Virus record (IMG/VR): IMGVR_UViG_3300042691_018527
Span: 1-64,000 of that record
DNA: 64,000 bases
Source of the DNA: a virus
Reading direction: 5' to 3' (one strand)
In this document: positions 55,905-64,000 of the stretch, in pieces
Position numbering within the stretch: position 1 is the stretch's first letter
Layout of the letters: every line of letters starts with the position of its first letter
Translations under genes and position numbers: made by a program
The notes under the pieces: model-generated
Database searches by the model: none
Told to the model about the DNA's origin: nothing
The model's input: only the letters and a program-made list of their open reading frames with translations

Positions 55905-56935
55905 TTATGGAAGAAGAAATACAATATTGTAACACAAGTGCGACAGGTCCAACATTAGGAAAAAGTCCTTTATTAGATCCTTCACTGTTTCCTGTTGGAT
56001 CTGCTACTTTTCTTAATCCAAATTATAACATTTTACCATTTCTTTGTAACTTGTTACAAGTTTCTAACGACGAAACAATCAGTCCAGTTTTAGTCGAACA
56101 ACCAGAGTTTGATATTACACCATATACAGATTTTAGTCTTTTAAATAATGTTGGAGATTCTAGAGTTTCTTTGGGTCAATCATTGTCAGCCGCATTTATA
56201 TATTTTTTACCAAGAGTAATTGTTCAAAATGAAGTTATTAAATCTGGTGGAACTCAAATAATAAATAATTACATTTGTGATGCCGACGGGAATGTTAAAA
56301 AAGAATCACAAACAGTACCGGTTATTTTATCTTTAGATTTAAGTGGTGAAAAAAGTTATAAATATGGTGCAATAGAAGTTCCAGCACAAAAATATGAACC
56401 AGAAGAGTTATTAAAAAGATTTACTGGAGATGATATTACAAACTTTGTAAAAAATTATGTGCAGTCAGAAAAAAATAAACATTCTGAATATTTTGTTAGT
56501 TTTATTAATACACACTTTATACCAGCTGGGTGGATACCAACTTTAAAATGTCATAGTAATTTAAATATTTTTTATGTTGAATTGACTCTTAATACAAAAA
56601 AAGTTTATTTAAAATATTATGATGACGTAAAAGAAAATGTAGCAAAATTGTTAGGAATTGATACCATATATTCATATGAAAATCCCCCAAAAATGAGTAG
56701 TCAAGCACAAGCTTCTGCTGTTTTTGGAAAAGTAGAAGATTATAAAAAAATAATGTCTTCTCTAGAATTAGAGAATAATTTTTTAGATTTTGTTTTAAAA
56801 AATTATTTAGAAGATACAACTAAAACTTTTAGTTTTTTCGATTCAAATACGGCAACTAGTAAAAGTATATTCGATAACTTAGATTCGATTTATAAATCTT
56901 ATAATAACAATATTTCCGAGATAAAAGTAACTTAA
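55901..56935 (+). CDS. Hypothetical protein
   Basis: 344-aa ORF coupled to the preceding gene. Confidence 0.6.
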   Translation: MIMEEEIQYCNTSATGPTLGKSPLLDPSLFPVGSATFLNPNYNILPFLCNLLQVSNDETISPVLVEQPEFDITPYTDFSLLNNVGDSRVSLGQSLSAAFIYFLPRVIVQNEVIKSGGTQIINNYICDADGNVKKESQTVPVILSLDLSGEKSYKYGAIEVPAQKYEPEELLKRFTGDDITNFVKNYVQSEKNKHSEYFVSFINTHFIPAGWIPTLKCHSNLNIFYVELTLNTKKVYLKYYDDVKENVAKLLGIDTIYSYENPPKMSSQAQASAVFGKVEDYKKIMSSLELENNFLDFVLKNYLEDTTKTFSFFDSNTATSKSIFDNLDSIYKSYNNNISEIKVT

Positions 56936-59043
56936 CATTTACCTAAACCGTTGAAACTTGGCGCTGGGTTCATTGAACCATCTGGATTAAATGAATAATT
57001 TCCAGTTTCTGGTGTCAAATTAACATAATTTTGACCGTTAAACCCATTCCCATCACCAACAATGTTGAATCTTTTGTTTCTTTTTGACTTTGCGGCTGAA
57101 ACGTTTCCACCAAAACCAGCACCACCGCCACCACAAGACATAATATCTCCTAAATTGGTATTTCCCGGTGCGGATCCCATTCCCTTTTTCTTTGCAGGAG
57201 TTGGTACATGACTTGGTGATGGTGCTGCTGCTCTAGAAGAAGCCGCGTTTGCATGACCATCAAACGCAGGAACAGAATAATCGTGTGTGTGATCAGTTGT
57301 GGGAGAACCATGTGAATGTGAAAAAGTAAATACAGGTGTTATTTGTCCTGGAACAACATAACCTACAACATCAGTAACAACTGCTCCACCATATGTGCAA
57401 GTACCTTTTCCTATTCCAATCACTTCTAAAGGCATTGCACCATATGGATACCATCCAGTTAAACCATACCCAGTTGGCGATGCTTCATTATCTACTTGGG
57501 TTTTTAATAAAATACCGGAATATGCATCCATTATTTTTCCATAAATATAAGACATTCCTTTATCTATAGCAAAAAGTGACAATACTGCATATACATCCAA
57601 GCATATTGATTTTTTTAATGCGTCATATGCTTCTAAAATTGTAGCTTGGTTTCCATTTAATGGAGTATTCCATGTTGCATTATAATTTATTTCATTAGTA
57701 TCACCGGTTGGGGTGGTACTCAATCTTTCGGATGGGCATGTAATATGTGTACAACACAATCCACCATCCATTACTAAACTACCTTTTAGTCCAATATCAC
57801 CAGTAACACTTAGTTTACCAGCAACAATCGTATTATCTGCCTCTATTCTGCAACCATTATCACCAGAACCGTCTTTGGCATCTATTATAACATTTTTTCC
57901 TTTAATAATAGTTCTATTCGCAGATGTTAGAACAAGTTCACCCTTTGTAGCTGCAATTGTTGCAACCGCAGCATTAGCTTGTAATTTACCAGATGTATTA
58001 ACTTCAACTCCCGGTGAGCCAGCATTTACTGTTAATTTATTACAAACGTTTACAACAAGACTTCCTGGATTTATTAATGGATCAGAATGTATTGCATGTT
58101 CTGTGCTTCCACTAGTATCTAAACACAACCCTGCTCCAACTTGCTTGGCTTTAACAAGAGCAAATGGAGTTACATGTTGACCCTTTTCTCCTTTTCTAGT
58201 AACAACAGTTTCCGCATCATTAGGAACTAATCCAACATCAATTACAACATCACCGGCATATCTTTGAACTTGACTACCACCAGTTCCAAGTTTTTTTTGT
58301 TGTTCTTTTATTTCTTCTTGTTTTGATTCTAATTCCTTTGCTGCTTTGTCGTTTGCTTCTTGTATTGCTGTTATTGCGGTTTTTACTTTACCGTTTTTAC
58401 AACCCGGACTTCCGCAACCCTCACCGCCGTTTAAAGTTGAATTTGGTGTTGCTGTTAAAAACGGAACAATCAACATATTTACGTATTTTTGTATAACATC
58501 CCACGGAAATGGAAATTTTGGTAAATAATCTCTTACTATTTTAAATGCTTTATCAGATATTTGTTGTGCTCTATCTGTTAAAAATTTTTGAGTACAAGTC
58601 GGACACGGCATATCTGCACCTTCTGCATTTTCTATGGTGTCCATTTTTGTTTTATCAACACTTTTTGTTAATTCTTGTAATTTTTTTGCTGCCTTTTGTT
58701 TTTCTTCGGTTTGTTCTCCATATTGAACAGTATGGTTTCCTTGAATATATTCATGTTTATCACCACCATAGTTCCATTGAACGTCTCCTCTTACAGAGAA
58801 ATATAAATTTTGACCAGCATGGATGCACATATCAGAAGCAGCTTTTAAAGTTACTGTTCCTCCGATAAATTGAATCAAACTTTTAAATTTGTCTTGTAAT
58901 AAAACATATGATCTATCATCGGGTATAAGAGATCCAAACTCATCAACCCTAACTTGATTTTTCATCTCAAAAATGCCAGCTTCTGATGCAATAGTATTTG
59001 CTTGATTTGTTTCAGTTTGAGTTGTTTTTGTTTGCTGTGGCAT
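56932..59043 (-). CDS. Baseplate spike/gp5 C-terminal-like protein with Zn-finger coiled-coil insertion
   Basis: VRGDVQWNYGGDKHEYIQGNHTVQYG gp5-like beta repeats, CPTC...CGSPGC, HSH...HTH motifs; TATAAATA at 59049-59056. Confidence 0.6.
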   Translation of the reverse strand: MPQQTKTTQTETNQANTIASEAGIFEMKNQVRVDEFGSLIPDDRSYVLLQDKFKSLIQFIGGTVTLKAASDMCIHAGQNLYFSVRGDVQWNYGGDKHEYIQGNHTVQYGEQTEEKQKAAKKLQELTKSVDKTKMDTIENAEGADMPCPTCTQKFLTDRAQQISDKAFKIVRDYLPKFPFPWDVIQKYVNMLIVPFLTATPNSTLNGGEGCGSPGCKNGKVKTAITAIQEANDKAAKELESKQEEIKEQQKKLGTGGSQVQRYAGDVVIDVGLVPNDAETVVTRKGEKGQHVTPFALVKAKQVGAGLCLDTSGSTEHAIHSDPLINPGSLVVNVCNKLTVNAGSPGVEVNTSGKLQANAAVATIAATKGELVLTSANRTIIKGKNVIIDAKDGSGDNGCRIEADNTIVAGKLSVTGDIGLKGSLVMDGGLCCTHITCPSERLSTTPTGDTNEINYNATWNTPLNGNQATILEAYDALKKSICLDVYAVLSLFAIDKGMSYIYGKIMDAYSGILLKTQVDNEASPTGYGLTGWYPYGAMPLEVIGIGKGTCTYGGAVVTDVVGYVVPGQITPVFTFSHSHGSPTTDHTHDYSVPAFDGHANAASSRAAAPSPSHVPTPAKKKGMGSAPGNTNLGDIMSCGGGGAGFGGNVSAAKSKRNKRFNIVGDGNGFNGQNYVNLTPETGNYSFNPDGSMNPAPSFNGLGKC

Positions 59044-59071
59044 ATTTTTATTTATAAAGATTTTTTATTAA

Positions 59072-60727
59072 TCAACTTGTCATACCAGCAGCAGCTGCAT
59101 TAGAAGGTTCGTATACATTTGCAAAATAAACTGGGCGTTGTGGGTTTTCTGCTTGAAAGAATACCCAAACCTTTGCACCAACAGCTGGACAAGAAAACAT
59201 ACCAGCCGGTCCACCTATTCTACCGGCATTAACAGATCCTGTTGCCATTTGAAGTTGGTTCGTTGTTCTAAATAATTTATTACCATTACTACCACCAGTG
59301 TATGTTCCATTTGCTTTTTCAGATGCTTTCATGTTTTCTGCTAGTAATTGTTTTTCGTTGTTTGTTAAAAAATTACCAGTTGATGCTCTTTGTACTGGAC
59401 CGTATGCCGTTGATATACCACCCCATCCATATGGGTTCCAAGAAGAAACTAGTGACTTATCTTGAAAAGCTATTTTATTTCTTCCACCATATTTTGAACC
59501 AAAATATAAATCTTCAGAATAATTTATAAAAGATTTAGTATTATCATCTGGATTATATATGTTTCCATTTTTTCCATGTGCTCGCCATGCATCATTACCC
59601 ATTTGATATAATCCATATGATGGTCCACTTGTTGTTTGTGGGTTGAAACTACTTTCTACACTAGCCATTCTAGTAAAAAGATGCGCCCATTCTTCCTTTG
59701 AACCGGTGGTAATACCATATGTTTTACCATCATCTGGTATTATGTATTTACCACCATTTGATGCTGGGTCAAATTTACTACCATTTAAAGAATTTAAAAC
59801 TCTTTCATACTGTGTTTTAAATGCTGGAGACATAGATTTAGTATCACCAATTTCAGTAGAACTATAATTTAATGTTTCTCCGGTATAAGCACCATCTGAT
59901 CTTACAAAACCATCATTCTCAATTTCTATAGGACTAACTTTACCACTAACTGGTTCATTTGTTTTTGGTGCTTGTGCATATCTTTGTAATGTGCCATTTT
60001 TATATTGATTTCCTATATTTTCAAACCACGACGGAGAACCAGCCAAATTTGTTTTAACGCTTTCACTTGGACTATTTCTCCAAAAAACACTCTTACTTCC
60101 ATCTTGTCTGAAACCAACGTGTATATGATTTCCTTCCCATCCAATTTCGGTAGCACCACCTTGGGTCATCCACCAATTAACTATTCTTTCTTGTTCAACT
60201 GGACTAGCTGGCATCGCAACATCTATAGCATTTCCTGATAAATGTAAACTAGTTTGAGAACCTCCTTCTGGCACATAGTCTCTTTTTGCACTAGTTATGA
60301 TTGCATTTGGAAAATTCGCAGCAAATCCACCTAAAGAAGCTTTCATTGTTTCACTTAACCCGGCATCACTTTTATTCGGTGCAAATAATTTTTTATAATC
60401 AGCAGTAGCACCTTGATATGAAAAGGATTGATCAGTTGGAAATGGAGTTGGTTCACCAGTATCAGTATTTACTGGTGCTCCAGTACCACCACCCCATATT
60501 GGAACAGCTGCTTCAGCCCAAGGTAATAAAGACAATAATCTTTCTTTTATTTCTGAATCAAAAATACTTTCTTCAAAAGTTTTAAATTCTATGTTTTCTA
60601 ATTTTTCATTCCAGTTATTATATAATGTTGTTGATATATGTGGAATATAAACTTGAACACGACCTCTATTTTCTGGATCATTTGTATTAACTACAAGACC
60701 AACATGATTCCCAACTGCTGTTTTCAT
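59072..60727 (-). CDS. gp5-type OB-fold hub protein containing peptidase M15 and SLT-like domains
   Basis: GLVVNTNDPENRGRVQVYIP...WA and PAVGAKVWVFFQAENPQRPVYF flank ITSAKR..SLHLSGNAIDV..HIHVG and MASVESSFNP..YGLYQM. Confidence 0.8.
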   Translation of the reverse strand: MKTAVGNHVGLVVNTNDPENRGRVQVYIPHISTTLYNNWNEKLENIEFKTFEESIFDSEIKERLLSLLPWAEAAVPIWGGGTGAPVNTDTGEPTPFPTDQSFSYQGATADYKKLFAPNKSDAGLSETMKASLGGFAANFPNAIITSAKRDYVPEGGSQTSLHLSGNAIDVAMPASPVEQERIVNWWMTQGGATEIGWEGNHIHVGFRQDGSKSVFWRNSPSESVKTNLAGSPSWFENIGNQYKNGTLQRYAQAPKTNEPVSGKVSPIEIENDGFVRSDGAYTGETLNYSSTEIGDTKSMSPAFKTQYERVLNSLNGSKFDPASNGGKYIIPDDGKTYGITTGSKEEWAHLFTRMASVESSFNPQTTSGPSYGLYQMGNDAWRAHGKNGNIYNPDDNTKSFINYSEDLYFGSKYGGRNKIAFQDKSLVSSWNPYGWGGISTAYGPVQRASTGNFLTNNEKQLLAENMKASEKANGTYTGGSNGNKLFRTTNQLQMATGSVNAGRIGGPAGMFSCPAVGAKVWVFFQAENPQRPVYFANVYEPSNAAAAGMTS

Positions 60728-60730
60728 TTA

Positions 60731-62422
60731 TTATGTTGATGGTTTTTCAGTTTTAGTTTCTTCTTTCTTTTTAAATGGATTTATTGCATTTAATCCATTT
60801 CCAATAGAACCCGTAAATTTAGAAACACCAGTAATTAATTCATCTTTTGCTAATGATGCATTAACACTAGCATCTTGTAAATTTTTATTCAATAATCTAA
60901 AATCTTCTTTAACGTTTCCAATAATATCAGTTGCTTCAATTGGATTACCATAAACATCCATTTTACCACCACTGTATACATTTGGACCAAGAATTTGATT
61001 AGATGTTGGAAATAAACTTGAACCGTCACCGTATCTATTATAAATTGCTTCTGCCTTTGACAGAATATCACCAATTGGCGATGCTTTAGAATATTGTGGG
61101 CCAAATTTATTAACCAATGCACCAACTAAATTTCCTTGTAATGCTGTTGCAATATATGAATAACCATAGTTTGATAACATGTCAGACATGAAAGATCCCG
61201 GATCACTTCCAATTTGATCAACAGTATCCATAATTTTTTGAACATCTGGTGGTAAAAATCCTTTTAACAAACTTAATGGGTTTGGGTTTGTTAAAATATT
61301 AGATGCTGTGTTCATAAAAGTTTGAATTGTATTTAAATAATTTAAAAACGGTCCTGACATATTAAACAAAGATGTAAAGAAATTTATATCATCCATTATT
61401 ACTTGCAGTGTATCTAACAATAAACAAATTAAATCTAATGGAATAATTTCTTCTATTTTTGCCATTAACCATCTTTGTGCTTCTGCAATTAATCCATTTA
61501 CCCATGCATATACTTGTTGAACATATGCAATTATACCATTATATATGTCTGATATGATAGCATTAAATGCTGCAACGACACCATTTATTGCTCTCACAAG
61601 TCTACCAACAGAACTAAAAGCACCTTTGGGCATCGAAAGATATGAGCGTGTTCTTATTGTATTACAAAATTTTTCTAAATTAGTTACTGCATCCGGATGT
61701 ATGTTATTTAAAAGTCTTTCAACTAAACTTGGTGTTGTTTTCTTTGGTCCAGTTAATGGACTTTCTGCCATATTATCAGCATTTGCTTCAGTTACACCTT
61801 CTTTTCCTATTTCATCAAAACAACCTTTTTGCCATGCTGGTGTTTTTTTCAATGCCTCTTGTAATAATGGTTGTTTTGCCATCTTGAAAAAGTCATTTAA
61901 AAATGCTTCATCTATAATATATTTCTCATGACCTTGTACTGACGATGATAGTGTTTTATTATCAAATCCATATACTAATAATGCCAATAATAAATAATAC
62001 TTGTTTATATTTAAATTACTAAATTGATGTTTTATTCTTGCTAATTCACCGCCAAATAAATATGGATATAATGTTAAGTTAGTTTGTTTTTCAAGTGTTC
62101 TTATTTCTTCTTTAGTAACATCTGTTTTTGCAACAGGTGTGGCTAATTTAGTTTGATCAATAACTTGTTTTGGTTTATCGGCAGGATTTTTTCTTGTTTG
62201 TGGTGGAACTTGGTTTGGTTTTGCAACAACAGAAGGTTGTGGTTGTGTTGGACCATAGTCTCTACCTAATTCTGGAAAGGTAACAGAAGGTTGTGGTTGT
62301 GTTGGACCATAGTCTCTACCTAATTCTGGAAAGGTAACATCATTTGTTTTTGCTTGTCTAGTTTGTGGTGCTGGTTCGTAGTTTCTACCTAGAACTGAAA
62401 ACTCTTCATCTTTTGTTGCCAT
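60731..62422 (-). CDS. Hypothetical virion/baseplate-region protein
   Basis: Upstream of the gp5-like gene; long amphipathic helical region; N-terminal repeats. Confidence 0.55.
   Translation of the reverse strand: MATKDEEFSVLGRNYEPAPQTRQAKTNDVTFPELGRDYGPTQPQPSVTFPELGRDYGPTQPQPSVVAKPNQVPPQTRKNPADKPKQVIDQTKLATPVAKTDVTKEEIRTLEKQTNLTLYPYLFGGELARIKHQFSNLNINKYYLLLALLVYGFDNKTLSSSVQGHEKYIIDEAFLNDFFKMAKQPLLQEALKKTPAWQKGCFDEIGKEGVTEANADNMAESPLTGPKKTTPSLVERLLNNIHPDAVTNLEKFCNTIRTRSYLSMPKGAFSSVGRLVRAINGVVAAFNAIISDIYNGIIAYVQQVYAWVNGLIAEAQRWLMAKIEEIIPLDLICLLLDTLQVIMDDINFFTSLFNMSGPFLNYLNTIQTFMNTASNILTNPNPLSLLKGFLPPDVQKIMDTVDQIGSDPGSFMSDMLSNYGYSYIATALQGNLVGALVNKFGPQYSKASPIGDILSKAEAIYNRYGDGSSLFPTSNQILGPNVYSGGKMDVYGNPIEATDIIGNVKEDFRLLNKNLQDASVNASLAKDELITGVSKFTGSIGNGLNAINPFKKKEETKTEKPST
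62228..62339 (-). repeat. Perfect 54-bp tandem duplication (VTFPELGRDYGPTQPQPS x2)
   Basis: Identical units start at 62228 and 62282; a degenerate third copy (FSVLGRNYEP) lies upstream. Confidence 0.9.
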
Positions 62423-62492
62423 ATAAAAACTTACTCGATTTTAATATTTTATCCTTGATATATAATAATTTTTTATTAATATAATAATATTT

Positions 62493-63092
62493 ATGCCATT
62501 TTATCCATTAATCGGAATATCCGGTGCTGCAAGAGTAGGAAAAGACACTTTATGTAGAGCTTTAATAAGAGAATTTAAAAAAATAAATTTAATAGCAATT
62601 AGAAAATCAATTGCCGGTGATACTGTTAAAAAAGATTTACAAGAGTTATTAATGCAAAAACTTAATATCGATTCATTTACAGAAAATACCGATGAAAAAA
62701 CTTTATTAAGACCTATTTTAGTAGAATATGGTAAACTGATGAGAAATACTTCACAAGGAAGATATTTTATAGACAACTTCGAATATTCAAGAAACACTAT
62801 TAACATTATTCCAGATATTAGATATGCAGAATATAAAAGAGATGAACTTTCTTGGTTGAAAGACGAATCAAAGGGTGTTTTAATTTTTTTGGAAAGAGAA
62901 GAAATTTCAGATGCAAATGAAACCGAAAAAATTAACAATAAAATAATTAGAAATTTTGCAGACCATTATATAAGATGGGGTAGATTAGATGAAAATGATG
63001 AAAAAGAAAAAACTTTAATTAACTCTTATGCAAGAGAATTTTTAGTTAAAAAATATCTACCACTTGTTGATTGGACAGTGAGAAGCCTTTAG
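62493..63092 (+). CDS. Deoxynucleoside monophosphate kinase (gp1-like)
   Basis: IGISGAARVGKDT, LRPILVEYG, IIPDIRY..E. Confidence 0.75.
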   Translation: MPFYPLIGISGAARVGKDTLCRALIREFKKINLIAIRKSIAGDTVKKDLQELLMQKLNIDSFTENTDEKTLLRPILVEYGKLMRNTSQGRYFIDNFEYSRNTINIIPDIRYAEYKRDELSWLKDESKGVLIFLEREEISDANETEKINNKIIRNFADHYIRWGRLDENDEKEKTLINSYAREFLVKKYLPLVDWTVRSL

Positions 63093-63371
63093 GTATGTTT
63101 TAACTGCCATATAGCATCCACACTTAGTACATCTATCTTGTGCGGAGTTAAAAAATTCACAAGAATTACATATCGATTTCCTTTTGGAAACTTCATCGTC
63201 ACTAGCATTTATCGGATTACCAGTAGCAACACTTTGAACCGTTTTAACAACATCTCTTCCTAAATTTTTTGCCATCTGTACAGCAGATGGAAAAGTTTGT
63301 TTATTTGAGTTTGCCAATTTACTTATTTGATGTTGTTGCATCATATTTTTTAAATAATCTTTACCATTCAT
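63057..63371 (-). CDS. Small Cys-rich metal-binding protein
   Basis: RKSICNSCEFF...RCTKCGC...K...CPINKW. ATG at 63371 preferred. Confidence 0.65.
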   Translation of the reverse strand: MNGKDYLKNMMQQHQISKLANSNKQTFPSAVQMAKNLGRDVVKTVQSVATGNPINASDDEVSKRKSICNSCEFFNSAQDRCTKCGCYMAVKTYLKASHCPINKW

Positions 63372-63375
63372 AATA

Positions 63376-63999
63376 TTAGAAATTTGTATCTTTTTTGTTC
63401 CAAACTTTATCAAAACTATCTATTTTTACAGCAACAACTTCAGTTATATAAGTTTCTTGTGTAAACAAATGACTAACTTTAGTTATTAACCATTGACCAA
63501 AAAATCTGTCATCAAATGGATTGGAATCATAATCCATTCTGTCTATAAAAATAAAACGACCAGGTGATCTGATTGTTAATCCATATGCTTGGAAACATAT
63601 TGATTGATTCAAAAAAATAGAATCCAATATCATTTCATTTCTTTTTATATCTTCATAAACAAATGACCCATTATAACTTTGTTTTGTTTCAAACATTAAA
63701 CCTGATTGTTTTGTTTTATTTAAATTTAAAAGTATTTGAGCATCTCTTCCTTTTGTAAAACTATATAAACCACCTTTAGCGTATTTTTCTAATGTTTGTA
63801 TAACACTATCTGCTGTGTTATTTTTTACTTTTATATGGAAAGAACCGGTTGAATGATCGTAGTAACTAATTCCAGAATTAGTTATTCGATTGTCATCTGA
63901 TGCAACCATTGGTGAAAAATAATATTTTTGTATTCTTGATGCTATTGGAGACATAACATCACCAGTGTCTGTTGGACCTCTGGAAACATGAGGTTTGTT
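63376..63999 (-). CDS. Baseplate hub/tail protein C-terminus (gp27-like), 5' truncated by window end
   Basis: G..IRSPGRFIFI...FFGQWLITKVSHLF...YITEV pattern; frame stays open to the window edge. Confidence 0.6.
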   Translation of the reverse strand, partial: NKPHVSRGPTDTGDVMSPIASRIQKYYFSPMVASDDNRITNSGISYYDHSTGSFHIKVKNNTADSVIQTLEKYAKGGLYSFTKGRDAQILLNLNKTKQSGLMFETKQSYNGSFVYEDIKRNEMILDSIFLNQSICFQAYGLTIRSPGRFIFIDRMDYDSNPFDDRFFGQWLITKVSHLFTQETYITEVVAVKIDSFDKVWNKKDTNF

Positions 64000-64000
64000 T

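Noticed and set aside
1-64000. Alternative genetic code (stop-codon reassignment) as in some large phages
   Set aside because: Core genes are full length in code 11, and TAA, TAG and TGA all end genes at sensible positions.
1-64000. tRNA, rRNA, introns or inteins
   Set aside because: No cloverleaf-like or structured GC-rich intergenic segment seen; gp43, gp41, uvsX, uvsW and gp20 are uninterrupted and of normal size. Not verified with covariance models.

Overview
AT-rich 64 kb segment of a large T4-like (contractile-tailed, jumbo-type) dsDNA phage using the standard genetic code. 1-13.6 kb is structural: G8-like and repeat-rich fibre genes, portal gp20 and tail terminator gp15. 13.7-22.9 kb is mostly minus strand: GroES, clamp-loader small subunit, primase, a kinase, a lysis cassette (u-spanin, micro membrane protein, holin, endolysin) implying a diderm host, and a GIY-YIG nuclease. 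23-57 kb is the plus-strand replication/recombination arm (uvsY, uvsW, gp55, gp47, gp46, gp43, uvsX, gp41, gp32, gp45). 57-64 kb holds baseplate genes, including a split gp5. The main finding is a ~15.6 kb glycosylation island translationally coupled between gp47 and gp46. It encodes about 10 glycosyltransferases (GT2, GT25, GT77-, GT47-, GT34-like, GT10, GT4), 4 SAM methyltransferases, and an apparently self-contained, non-canonical NDP-heptose pathway (transaldolase, GmhA, HddA, HAD-nucleotidyltransferase fusion, epimerase). Candidate acceptors nearby are sequon-dense 42-aa-repeat fibres. Other signals: near-leaderless promoters without Shine-Dalgarno sites, a gp5 OB-fold interrupted by two muralytic domains, a perfect 52-bp inverted repeat between fibre genes, an origin-like promoter/AT element, and three unannotated micro-ORFs. 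All calls come from motif recognition and synteny by eye; no database searches were run.
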